Source: a virus. Taken from it: DNA of 64,000 nucleotides. The DNA is taken from IMG/VR virus record IMGVR_UViG_3300037493_005685, positions 31,499 to 95,498 of that record, one strand, 5' to 3'. The notes under the pieces are model-generated. The model was not told where the DNA came from and searched no databases. It was given only the letters and a program-made list of their open reading frames with translations. The translations under genes and the position numbers were made by a program. Below, in pieces: positions 1 to 9,149 of the stretch; position 1 is the first letter of the stretch, and each line of letters starts with the position of its first letter.

Positions 1-45
1 GGCTGGAACGAGAAGCGTACCTGGAGGGTCTACTCGCAGCGAGGT

Positions 46-405
46 CTATTGGGCTAAACATTCTTCAACGGAAGGAGAAGGCGATTCAGTATTGCTCGGT
101 GTCTCCGTACTATCTGTGGATGTGGCCGTTTCCTCGGTCGGTGCGTCGATGGTTTGAGACGCAACTGGACATACGATCCCACAGTGCGCTTCGACCTTCT
201 CAAGACGCATAAAGATTTCGTTCAGGCAGCGCCCAATCTCATCCATCATAGCGTTCGTGTTCTTCTTCAAGCCCACGTTGATGTGCATGAGCTTATCGTT
301 CATCTCCTGCAGACCCTCAAGAGCCTCAGATAGCTTCTTCTCTTTGGCCTCTTTGGCGGCGTTGGTTTTGGGTTCGGACGTGCGGATAATTTTTCTTCTG
401 GTCAT
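46..405 (-). CDS. hypothetical coiled-coil protein
   Basis: 119-aa ORF, GGGAG SD, ATGA overlap with upstream gene. Confidence 0.65.
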   Translation of the reverse strand: MTRRKIIRTSEPKTNAAKEAKEKKLSEALEGLQEMNDKLMHINVGLKKNTNAMMDEIGRCLNEIFMRLEKVEAHCGIVCPVASQTIDAPTEETATSTDSTETPSNTESPSPSVEECLAQ

Positions 406-1615
406 AGCTCCCTCATTCTGTTTGCTAGTTGTCTGTACCTAAAACTGTACATACCGTGTTGGTTGTAGAACCTAACAAGAAATTCGGATTGTGTGAATGG
501 GTACACCTTGCAATAAAGTATGGACGTCAGCCAGAATAGAATACTTTTGTCGTCATTCATTCTGATCTCTGTGCCGTAGCTCTTTGTATAACAAGTCTGC
601 CTCGATGCCAACCAGCCCAAACAATCTTTTCAACTCGAGCTTATCTTTGGTTCTATAACGGTTGATATGATAACGCAGGTGGTGCCTAACATGGAAGACC
701 ATGTTGGTTTTTCTGTAGCTCAAAAGCCCCTCGCTTGTTCCTGGCATAGTTAACTCCGTCATACAGATAGTTATGTAAGTGGCGCCTGCACGCCTCCATA
801 TACTCTGGGGCTTCAAAGGGATGTTTGGAACACTGGCCGAATAGCACGCGCACACCCAAGTAGATGCGGCAGTGATTGACACACATGTTTTTATTTTGGT
901 CGTGCACCATAACGTAGCTAGTCATCATAGAGCACCTTCTTGAACCAGTCGTTGCGGGAGTTGCGCCAAGAAGCAAGCATGGGAAATTGGTGTTTGTTAC
1001 CCACGTAAACGTACCTAGCAATCTTAAGCAACTCCCAGAACATCATATTGTGGGAGTATCTGACGTAGAAGAGGTTGCTCATCTTAGTGATACGCCTCCA
1101 AGTTATCAAAGCGGTACAAAGACCGAAGGCTTACAACTGCGTCCCTTAACAGGTACTTATGTCGCACATACCATTTAGACTGACTTCGAGGATGGCACCA
1201 CAAGTTTAACTGGTCCACATAAAAGTCCCTGCAAGCCAAAGCGGCGTTGTGTTGTAGGTTAATGCGCACGCGTTCCGTGTTCATAGATGTACCTGTAGTT
1301 GTGTTCGCACAGATAGAAGTTACGCTCGAAGATTGAACGGGGGGATTCTGTGTTGCTAGCTATCAAGAATTCATCGGCTTTAACATTGTGCCTATACCCC
1401 ACCCACCATAAGAACTGCTTGAAGGTCTCCATACGCAAGCGGCTGGTTGTGTACAGGAGTGAGTCAACGGCTACGAGATTGGTGGGCATACTAGCTCTCC
1501 TAGCTCTCTGAGGGCCTTGGCTGCACTGTAGTTATGTAGACGTCTTACGTCGTAATTAGAGAATACTGTGCGGGGCCAGTTAAAGAACGCGTACCTACGT
1601 GAGTACTGAAGAGCG

Positions 1616-1921
1616 CTATATGCTGTGCATTTGTTCGTTAAGTCTTTTATTTTCTTGCCAGAGCTGCTGTGCAACATGGAAGAATACCCCGTAATTCCTT
1701 TCTGCCAGCCCAAAGTTTACAAGGGCGTTGGTGTAATCCTGCGCCTTATGGAATTTGAGGGCCATGCCACACTCGAGCTCAAGCTTGAACTTGAGGTCTT
1801 TGAGTACGGCCATGGCTGGTTCGTTGAGCTCTGCGATGGGAAGAATCTTCTCCCATCTCTCTTTGAAGAGCTCCTCGAGGTTGGTGATTTCTTGTTCGAA
1901 GGCTTGGGTGAAGCTGGTCAT
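1616..1921 (-). CDS. hypothetical helical protein
   Basis: 101 aa, GGAGG SD, ATGA overlap. Confidence 0.7.
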   Translation of the reverse strand: MTSFTQAFEQEITNLEELFKERWEKILPIAELNEPAMAVLKDLKFKLELECGMALKFHKAQDYTNALVNFGLAERNYGVFFHVAQQLWQENKRLNEQMHSI

Positions 1922-2160
1922 CGTAACCTCCCTGGGTTGTCGTTAAAACGCATAGCCAACGTAAAGAAGCACGTACGGCGCCAGATATAGGAGTTCTTAC
2001 CCCAGTAGCGCATAACGTTGCCTTTATACTTGTCAGCCTTTTCCCACATTATTTTATTGTACTCGAGCAAGAACTTAGCATCCTCATCAGCCGCCATTTG
2101 CGCGGCTACCTGGTTAAAGACGTGTGTGAGTATGTCCCCTGCATAGTCTAGTAATGACAA
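1918..2160 (-). CDS. small hypothetical protein, paralog family A[DN]x[YC]Kx[NS][AV]MR[YF]
   Basis: ADKYKGNVMRY motif shared with the two neighbours. Confidence 0.6.
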   Translation of the reverse strand: MSLLDYAGDILTHVFNQVAAQMAADEDAKFLLEYNKIMWEKADKYKGNVMRYWGKNSYIWRRTCFFTLAMRFNDNPGRLR

Positions 2161-2405
2161 GCTAGCCTCGTTCTTATGTCGGCTGTTAGGGCGTGTTTCT
2201 TTATCTCATGGAAGTTAATGAGCTTGTAACCTCGTAGCGTATACTCAGAGAAAGCAAAGCGCATAGCGTTGCTCTTACACTTGTCTGCTTGAGAGAATGC
2301 AAAGGTTCGCCACTCACTTAGTATTCTAGCGTCCTCTGTGTCTTGGATTTGCTGGGCTGCATACCGTGACCACTCTTTGTTATGGATGCGTGTCAGCATA
2401 GTCAT
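2148..2405 (-). CDS. small hypothetical protein, paralog of 1918-2160
   Basis: ADKCKSNAMRF motif; start uncertain. Confidence 0.6.
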   Translation of the reverse strand: MTMLTRIHNKEWSRYAAQQIQDTEDARILSEWRTFAFSQADKCKSNAMRFAFSEYTLRGYKLINFHEIKKHALTADIRTRLACHY

Positions 2406-2607
2406 ACCTCTGAGTGCCATCAGCATAGTAGCGCAGAAAGATAAACAAACCCTTCATGTCTTCATAGTTACGCCGATAGCGCATGGCGCTGGCCTTGTAA
2501 ACGTTTGCGGTAAACCACATGTGACGCAGAGACATGTTCTTTTTGGGCTCGTCAGGAAACAAGGTGGCGTAAAGAGTGTGCTCTATGGAGAATGTTAGCG
2601 GGTCCAT
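2380..2607 (-). CDS. small hypothetical protein, paralog of 1918-2160
   Basis: ANVYKASAMRY motif; GAGGA SD before ATG 2607. Confidence 0.55.
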   Translation of the reverse strand: MDPLTFSIEHTLYATLFPDEPKKNMSLRHMWFTANVYKASAMRYRRNYEDMKGLFIFLRYYADGTQRYDYADTHP

Positions 2608-2810
2608 CTCAATGTCCTCAGCGCCTCTAGCTTGTCCACAGGATAAGACAACGCCACCCAAGAGACAAGACCAACTCCAGCTATAAGAGCCAACGAGAAG
2701 ATTGGGTCATCAAACAAGGTGGCACTGATGAGAGTCACAATCGTGATTGGCGGAAGCCAGCGCTGTCGGCGTTGGTGGGCACGGTTATATTCGCGCTCTA
2801 TGGATGTCAT
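2595..2810 (-). CDS. small membrane protein (2 TM)
   Basis: AGGAGG SD before ATG 2810; two hydrophobic segments. Confidence 0.7.
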   Translation of the reverse strand: MTSIEREYNRAHQRRQRWLPPITIVTLISATLFDDPIFSLALIAGVGLVSWVALSYPVDKLEALRTLRWTR

Positions 2811-2862
2811 GAGTCCTCCTTTTTGTTGTTCGCTGACTGATACCAAAAAGAAGGAGAACGTT

Positions 2863-3045
2863 TTAGTCTTGGTCGATTGGGATGAGCTCGACGTAATTGA
2901 TGTGAGTAACGCGCACGGTGTGAGAGCCTATATCTGTATTGGTCACGCCAACGTCGATACGTCGCAGCTTCTTTGTCTTTACCTTGCCCGCGAGCTCTCT
3001 TAGATGCTTCAGCACCATCTTGATGCCAGCGTCACTCATGGCCAT
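2863..3045 (-). CDS. hypothetical protein
   Basis: GAGGA SD, overlaps stop of upstream ORF. Confidence 0.5.
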   Translation of the reverse strand: MAMSDAGIKMVLKHLRELAGKVKTKKLRRIDVGVTNTDIGSHTVRVTHINYVELIPIDQD

Positions 3046-3253
3046 CGTTGTCCTCGTAGCCTTCCATCTGGGTCTCCATATAATCAAACACGGCATTTAC
3101 GTAAGGATTCTCACCGTACCGTATCACAGGGAAGGACAGGGGTGGTGGGAGCATACACTCGCCCTGCCACAGCACGTGTCCGTTAAAGACCATGAGAGGA
3201 AAGATATATTGGCACTTTGTGTGGGCCAAGGGCTTGATTAAGAAACGCGGCAT
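3032..3253 (-). CDS. hypothetical protein (leaderless)
   Basis: 73 aa; TAAACT-N6-ATG. Confidence 0.6.
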   Translation of the reverse strand: MPRFLIKPLAHTKCQYIFPLMVFNGHVLWQGECMLPPPLSFPVIRYGENPYVNAVFDYMETQMEGYEDNDGHE

Positions 3254-3284
3254 AGAGGGAGTTTAACGGCTGGAAGCTCAGGCA

Positions 3285-3659
3285 TCAAGGAATAACTGCA
3301 GCAGTCTCTCCATCATCTTTACCGAGTAAAATACGTACAGCCTCTTCACAAGTATTCGAGACTTTGTGAGCTTCTTCGTACTGCATATGCAAGCGCTTCA
3401 TCATCTCACGCTCTGAGAGCTCATGGACGATGATAGCGGAGAGATCCTTGCCAGACAAGCCAGCCTCAATCCAAATCTCATCTTCGGGGATGAACGGATA
3501 GATGTAATGATGCCCGCCCACTGAGAAGCTTTGGTCGTGAGCTCTAGCTTGGGCACCATCGATGGCGAGAATGCTTACAGAATCGAGAGGGCCTGTTAAG
3601 CCCTTAAGACTGCTAACAGCGTCGTGGACTACTGCGAGGGATGCTTGTTTATTATCCAT
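3285..3659 (-). CDS. putative metal-binding HExxE (zincin-like) protein starting with KQA motif
   Basis: MDNKQAS start overlapping upstream stop; GGHHYIYPFIPEDEIWIE...HELSER...YEEAH. Confidence 0.6.
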   Translation of the reverse strand: MDNKQASLAVVHDAVSSLKGLTGPLDSVSILAIDGAQARAHDQSFSVGGHHYIYPFIPEDEIWIEAGLSGKDLSAIIVHELSEREMMKRLHMQYEEAHKVSNTCEEAVRILLGKDDGETAAVIP

Positions 3660-4110
3660 TGTAGGTAAAATTACCAATCAAACCACCCGTAAGAGCGCCA
3701 CCTGCTGCGCCAGCTAAGCCACCTGCGCCAGCTCCGCGAACACGCGACATACCAAGCGGCTTAGACAGTGCAAGACCACCAAGAACACCCGCACCAGCAC
3801 CAATAGGTAGTCCCCACGTAAGGCCCTTAAGCTGGCCTCTATAACCGCGAGCTATCTCAGCGTCAAACTCAGCCTTAGTCATGCCAGTCTGTTGCTTGAG
3901 ATACCTATCCTCGAACTCGGCGTCTGACATCGCTATCTTCTCGAGCACAGTGTCAGCAATCTCAGCAGCAGTTTTGTTCATTTTATGCTCCGGTAACACC
4001 TTGATGTCAGGCGTATGCTCAGCCCAACGCTCTGCTGTGCCTCTGGGCAGCTCACCTTTTGATTCAGCCGAGAACATAAAGCGCTGTTGGGCTTTGGATT
4101 TGAATGGCAT
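3652..4110 (-). CDS. putative internal virion protein with Gly-zipper segments
   Basis: Start reassigned to MPFKSKAQQRF (TATACT-N6-ATG); KTAAEIADTVLEKIA motif; GxxxG-rich C-terminus. Confidence 0.7.
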   Translation of the reverse strand: MPFKSKAQQRFMFSAESKGELPRGTAERWAEHTPDIKVLPEHKMNKTAAEIADTVLEKIAMSDAEFEDRYLKQQTGMTKAEFDAEIARGYRGQLKGLTWGLPIGAGAGVLGGLALSKPLGMSRVRGAGAGGLAGAAGGALTGGLIGNFTYNG

Positions 4111-4260
4111 GCAACAAGTATAGCAAAAAGAAAGACGGCCCCCTAAACCTAAAAACTTTGGTGGTGCTGCTGGTCTTGGCCTAGGGGGCCTGAGGTGTGA
4201 CAAGTACGAATATACGTATTCTGCGTCACAATGCAAGCAACTTATTTACGCCGGAAAGGT

Positions 4261-5445
4261 TCAGTCCATGTGATGGGCGAGGTAGGTGCCCACAGGTCTG
4301 CCGAGATAGGAGCCCATAACGTAGCCAGAGGGACCACCAAGCGTGAGCCCTGCAAGGCCACCAACGGCGTCACCGGCAAGACTACCTGCAAGAGTGCGCC
4401 CTAGCTGGTTTAGATGTTCACCAGGGTTAGCCGTAGCAGCTGAGCCTATTGAAGCACCAACAGGGTGAAGCATGGAAGCACCGTAGAGCAGCCCTTGGCG
4501 TACGTCGCTGTAGCCATCTGCAGCTGTCTCTGGGATATGCTCGTGGTGGGGGTAGTCCATGTAGCTGTACTCTTCGCTGGTCTTGGTTCCGTGGTAGGCA
4601 TCCACGATGGGCTGGGAGGCAAGCCACGCAGCAGAAGATGTAGCTAAAGGAACACCAGCGCGCACGCCTAAGTCCATGCCCTTGCTCGCTAAGCCCTTGA
4701 TACCCTTCTCAGCAGCCCAAGGCATCTTGAAGCGGTTGTGCAGCAATAGACCTGTACCGAGACCTACGCCGCCAGATAGCAAGCCAGGAATCAGTGTGGC
4801 GGTAGCTGGCTGACGACGAGCTAAGAAGTCACGAACGCCTTCTTCGCCGTCACGCTTATAAATCTCTTCCACAGCCGGACGAGATGTAACCGCTGATTGT
4901 CCGGCACCAAAAAGAGAGCCAGAAGCAGCTCCCATGTAAGCGCCTCCTGCACCAGCAAGCAAGCCTGCCTTAGGAGACTTCATTAGTATACCTAGAGGAA
5001 TGCCCGCAATACCACCACCTGTAACAGCTGAGCCCAAAGCATTCGAGAGTACTTTATAGCGCCTATCAGCAAGCACAGCTTCCTGCTGCAGGTCATGCTC
5101 AACAGGCACTTCAGCAGTCTTGGCACACAGCTCAGATAAGAACGTAGATATCTTGTCCAGGTCCATAGAAGCTAGCGCCTTATCCTCTGGTTTAGGAACG
5201 ACAGGCGCTCGCTTCAACTTCTCTTCTTGCTGCTGGCTCGTGTTGATGCCAGAGAGACAAGTAGGCCCAGAGATAGGAGGGAAGTTGGCGCCGCCAGCGG
5301 TCTTCTGCGCATCCTCAGCAGCCCACTGGGCCTCACGGTCTCGCTTAGTCTTCTCACGAAGCTTAGCCATGAAGAGCTGGTCTACGCCTTCTTCACCTAG
5401 TTCAGAGATGATGCGCCCGATTTGTCGTGAGGAGCTTGGGTCCAT
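4261..5445 (-). CDS. putative internal virion polyprotein, Gly-zipper modules separated by KTA/KTS
   Basis: 394 aa; leaderless TATACT-N6-ATG; several GxxxG hydrophobic hairpins. Confidence 0.7.
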   Translation of the reverse strand: MDPSSSRQIGRIISELGEEGVDQLFMAKLREKTKRDREAQWAAEDAQKTAGGANFPPISGPTCLSGINTSQQQEEKLKRAPVVPKPEDKALASMDLDKISTFLSELCAKTAEVPVEHDLQQEAVLADRRYKVLSNALGSAVTGGGIAGIPLGILMKSPKAGLLAGAGGAYMGAASGSLFGAGQSAVTSRPAVEEIYKRDGEEGVRDFLARRQPATATLIPGLLSGGVGLGTGLLLHNRFKMPWAAEKGIKGLASKGMDLGVRAGVPLATSSAAWLASQPIVDAYHGTKTSEEYSYMDYPHHEHIPETAADGYSDVRQGLLYGASMLHPVGASIGSAATANPGEHLNQLGRTLAGSLAGDAVGGLAGLTLGGPSGYVMGSYLGRPVGTYLAHHMD

Positions 5446-5459
5446 GAGGGAAGTATAGC

Positions 5460-5990
5460 CTAATGGCTATCAGAACGTAACCAACCAGGAAGACCAGCGA
5501 GGCCACCAAGCGCACCGCCAGCAGCCATACCCATACCGGCACCAACAAGGCCACCACCAACGCGACCATGCCAGGGTTTAATGCCGTGCTCAGCCGCCTG
5601 GGCCAACAGTTTAGGCTCTTGTTTACCGATGGCACTAATAGCGGAATTACTACCTAAAGCGCCAGCAACACCGCCCAGACCAGCACCAATACCTGCGCCA
5701 TAAGCTGTGCCGCGCCCAGTGCTCTCAGGCGTTGCAAGGGCACCGATACCACCGCCAAGAGCAGTAGCTCCTAGACCAGCAGCTAAAGCAGCGCGTCCAT
5801 GCCCTCTAGAGGCAAGAGGAGCAGCTGCTAAGCTGCCTACCAAGCCACCTGCCGCAGTACCGCCAATGGCACCAGAATAACGGTCACCCGCTGAAGGGTC
5901 ACGCTCAGCAGCTTGCTTGGTGAGGCCCAGCTCTTCAAGGGCAACTTTGCACCCGTATTCATACGCCTGCTTAATCATTTCGTCGTGCAT
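5460..5990 (-). CDS. putative internal virion Gly-zipper protein with N-terminal tag
   Basis: KQAYEYGCKVALEELGLTKQA followed by Gly/Ala-rich helices; GAGGA SD. Confidence 0.75.
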   Translation of the reverse strand: MHDEMIKQAYEYGCKVALEELGLTKQAAERDPSAGDRYSGAIGGTAAGGLVGSLAAAPLASRGHGRAALAAGLGATALGGGIGALATPESTGRGTAYGAGIGAGLGGVAGALGSNSAISAIGKQEPKLLAQAAEHGIKPWHGRVGGGLVGAGMGMAAGGALGGLAGLPGWLRSDSH

Positions 5991-6062
5991 CTTCTTCCTC
6001 GTAGATGGAGATGTGTAGTCTCTTTGACCACTGAGAAAGTTTAGGACGTGGGAGGGGGAGGG

Positions 6063-9000
6063 TCAATAGCGAGAGCGAGACGCGATAGCCTTGTTACCCA
6101 AGGATCTTTGTGAGGCAGCTAGACGAGCTTCTTCTAGCACACACTTAATTTGGACACTAACTCGTATTACAGGCAGCTTATCTAAGTCAGTTATTCCGTC
6201 TTCTTTTATCATCTTCATAGCTAATAAGTTAGCTCGGTTAGCAATAACAAACCAAGTGCGCCCAGGGCAGCATAACATAAGCTCGCGCCTATCATCCTCC
6301 GTTAGGTCCTTTCTATACAATCTAAGAATAGCCAAGTCTTCCTCGGTGCTGAAATGCAACCGCATTTTTTTGCCTTCAGAGTTACCGAGACGCTTGTTAA
6401 GCTCATAAGCAGCTTTATGGTCCTCTAATGCTTTTCTGCGACGAATAGCGGTGCTAGATTTAAAGGATAGTTTCTTAAATACAGAGAAGTCTAGATTTCG
6501 CCACTCGAGTAGAAAAGACTCAAAATCAGGTATGATGTCTTTAGGATTACCCTTACCTCCCCAATCCTGTGCCCCTAGAGTATCAAAGGCATCTAGGCTA
6601 AGAACAAAGCCTACACCTGAAAATAACCGCACAGCCTTGCAACTACCAATACGACGTCGTTCCTCTGTAAAGTCCTTCCCCCACCACTCAAGAAGGTCTT
6701 TCATGTCTGTGTACTTATCACGCTCTACCCAGTCATAAAAAGTCATGTAAAGCCAGCGGTTAGAAGTTTTTCTAGCGTCATCGGTGGCGAACTTAACTTT
6801 AAGTCTGTCTGATATTTTACGCGCGTAAACTACCGTAGGTTTGGGAGGTAGAATACCAAACCATTCATGTAGGTGCCGCCAAGGTAACGACACATAAGTC
6901 TGGTAACCTTTGTTTAGTACTTTAACAGGCATAACCAAACCATTACTACTCAAGGTGTGTTTGAGCTGGTAATGATTAAAACCAGAGCGAGTGTTAGGTT
7001 TTTTACCTGATTTAGGCACGGCGATAATTCTGTCTTTAACGGGCTGGAAAGTAGCTTTAGTACCGTTATGGCACTTACTGTATGCTCCCCTTACTAAAGA
7101 TAATACAGGCGAAATAGGCACACAGAAACATCTCTTCGTCTCTAATAGGTCAGACCCTCGTAAAATTGAGTTTTCATAATCAATCCAAATAGGGTGAAAC
7201 TTAGCCGCTAGTCCATCCGCCTCTAACTCCTCCAGCTCTGTGTAAAACATAGATTGCACCGGAATAGAACCGAACAGTAGGGGTACAATATTTCGGTTTA
7301 TTCTGTACAAGAACTCAGTGTAACGAAGCATAGAAACGCCGCTACCAGTAGCAGGATGCCACCCAAATAGCTCACACGCTTTTTCTGTTTTAAGTTTAAG
7401 TGCCCGTTTTACAGGGACCAAACCTTTAAGAAAAGTACCAAAATTACCGCAGTAAGAAAGAAAACGCATGTAGCGTGGAAGGTTAACGTACATATAAGGA
7501 CCCAGCTCAAAGATATCCTGGTACTTAGATTTCTTAACGACTTTAGTCTCTTTAGGTATGTTGTCATGCGCTACACCAATTTCTGCAGCTAATCTATACA
7601 AAGGAGTGGCGAAAAGAGACTCGTCATTCATACTGGTAGCACGAGGAACTCCTGGCCTAGATAGGTAGGAACCTAGCGCAGAAGCTAAGCTAGCAGTGTA
7701 AGCCATAAAGTATTCAGATGACTGCCTAGAACAACTGGGGGTGATGAGAGTTGAAGGCTCGTAGGCATCAGTACGCGCGTCATTTCCACTTAGTAACTTC
7801 CAAGTATTTGTAGCTAGGTAAGTAACAGCGGGTAATGTGCGTACAAAAGCACCTGAGGGCTCGCAGTGATTAGAAACACGACCAGTAAACTTATGGATAC
7901 TTACCGTAAAGTATAAACGATTAAAGGCATCCTCTAATGAGTCACTACCTACACAAGCCAAGTCACGTAAAACGTCAGCGGTCTCAGGAAACTCAACGAA
8001 ACTATCTTTCACTCTATTAAACAAGAAAGTGCGCGCGTCCTTTGACGAGCCTTGAGCATAACCAAAAATAGCCCCGAGGGATGTATAGATGTGACTCATG
8101 AATCTAACGTCACGTTTAAGTTTACGCAGAGCGGCGTATTCAGCTACGCCATACATTACGGCGTAACGTGTATGAGTAGTCACGTCTTCTGCGTACAAAC
8201 GGTCTACACCCTCACTCTCTATATGGACGTTGTTCCTACCAGGAAGAGCAGCTTTAGCACCGATAGAGGTAGCCCCTATATGGGATGGAATTTTTGCCTC
8301 TAAAGTACCCATAGAGTGGTCTAGGTAAGTACCAGCGTCGAACAGATAAGTACCAGACAAGAAGTCGTAACCATGGCGGGCAGAAGGAACAACACACATA
8401 AGTTGGTTCTTAATTAAGGAAGATAAACGAGACAGAGAAGTAGGGTCGTCTGATTTAAAGGTAAATCTCTCAGTGTGCAACCTGACCTTATTTAGATAGT
8501 CAGTTTGGGATGCCGAATAGTGAGAGACTAAACCAGGGTAATAAACATTGTATTTTTCAGCTTCAGATTGATAGACGCGGTAAAAGTTATGAGGAGTAAA
8601 GACACTGCGCTTATTGTGGTCGAACCACGCAGCAGAGTGTAGGTGCTTATTAGTAGCGAGGTAAGCGTATAACCGGGATAAGATACACTCATACGCAAAG
8701 GGATTGTAAGCCTTAACTAAAGGAAGCTGTAGCAGCAGTAGCCAACCCAGGGCAGAAGACGATGGGTAGGCGCAACTGACATCGGATTCCTCCGTAGCGT
8801 CAAACATCGCAGTTAGGTCCATCAGGGCATCTACAACAGAAAACGACATGGCAGGAGAACGGTCCACAGTGAAGAAGATACCTTCTGGGTGCAAGGAGCG
8901 CTTTACATATAGGGCGTTGTACCTATTCTTCGATCTCGCCCAATTCTGCAACGGATTCGTAGCAAAAACAGAGTCAAAGTAGGGGGCCTGCTCTCGGTAG

Positions 9001-9149
9001 GACCGTGTCAGGTAGGCTTCAAGTAACTGCAGAAGCTCTTCAGGATCGATGTTCGCTTGGATGTAGGCGTGCAGGGCCTCGGGGGACCGGCACGCCGCCT
9101 GGAGCAGTGAGGCCGCTTTGATATTCGAGATGAGTTCCACGTCGAACAA
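6063..9149 (-). CDS. large hypothetical protein with C-terminal Myb/SANT-like HTH; candidate origin-binding protein
   Basis: 1028-aa ORF; C-terminal FSTEEDLAILRLY...PGRTWFVIANRANLL resembles a Myb repeat; adjacent to long non-coding region. Confidence 0.6.
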   Translation of the reverse strand: MFDVELISNIKAASLLQAACRSPEALHAYIQANIDPEELLQLLEAYLTRSYREQAPYFDSVFATNPLQNWARSKNRYNALYVKRSLHPEGIFFTVDRSPAMSFSVVDALMDLTAMFDATEESDVSCAYPSSSALGWLLLLQLPLVKAYNPFAYECILSRLYAYLATNKHLHSAAWFDHNKRSVFTPHNFYRVYQSEAEKYNVYYPGLVSHYSASQTDYLNKVRLHTERFTFKSDDPTSLSRLSSLIKNQLMCVVPSARHGYDFLSGTYLFDAGTYLDHSMGTLEAKIPSHIGATSIGAKAALPGRNNVHIESEGVDRLYAEDVTTHTRYAVMYGVAEYAALRKLKRDVRFMSHIYTSLGAIFGYAQGSSKDARTFLFNRVKDSFVEFPETADVLRDLACVGSDSLEDAFNRLYFTVSIHKFTGRVSNHCEPSGAFVRTLPAVTYLATNTWKLLSGNDARTDAYEPSTLITPSCSRQSSEYFMAYTASLASALGSYLSRPGVPRATSMNDESLFATPLYRLAAEIGVAHDNIPKETKVVKKSKYQDIFELGPYMYVNLPRYMRFLSYCGNFGTFLKGLVPVKRALKLKTEKACELFGWHPATGSGVSMLRYTEFLYRINRNIVPLLFGSIPVQSMFYTELEELEADGLAAKFHPIWIDYENSILRGSDLLETKRCFCVPISPVLSLVRGAYSKCHNGTKATFQPVKDRIIAVPKSGKKPNTRSGFNHYQLKHTLSSNGLVMPVKVLNKGYQTYVSLPWRHLHEWFGILPPKPTVVYARKISDRLKVKFATDDARKTSNRWLYMTFYDWVERDKYTDMKDLLEWWGKDFTEERRRIGSCKAVRLFSGVGFVLSLDAFDTLGAQDWGGKGNPKDIIPDFESFLLEWRNLDFSVFKKLSFKSSTAIRRRKALEDHKAAYELNKRLGNSEGKKMRLHFSTEEDLAILRLYRKDLTEDDRRELMLCCPGRTWFVIANRANLLAMKMIKEDGITDLDKLPVIRVSVQIKCVLEEARLAASQRSLGNKAIASRSRY

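Larger units (their letters stand above)
402..2810 (-). other. operon/array of about 12 small overlapping ORFs (50-100 aa), mostly Tyr/Trp/Phe/Arg-rich
   Basis: Contiguous overlapping minus-strand ORFs (approx. 402-560, 553-762, 686-928, 918-1082, 1084-1284, 1259-1489, 1471-1713, 1616-1921, 1918-2160, 2148-2405, 2380-2607, 2595-2810) downstream of a GGTATCAG motif at 2837-2844. Confidence 0.65.

Noticed and set aside
3652-3677. Programmed frameshift fusing 3652-4110 with 3285-3659
   Set aside because: An ATG overlapping the upstream stop region explains it as translational coupling; no convincing slippery site
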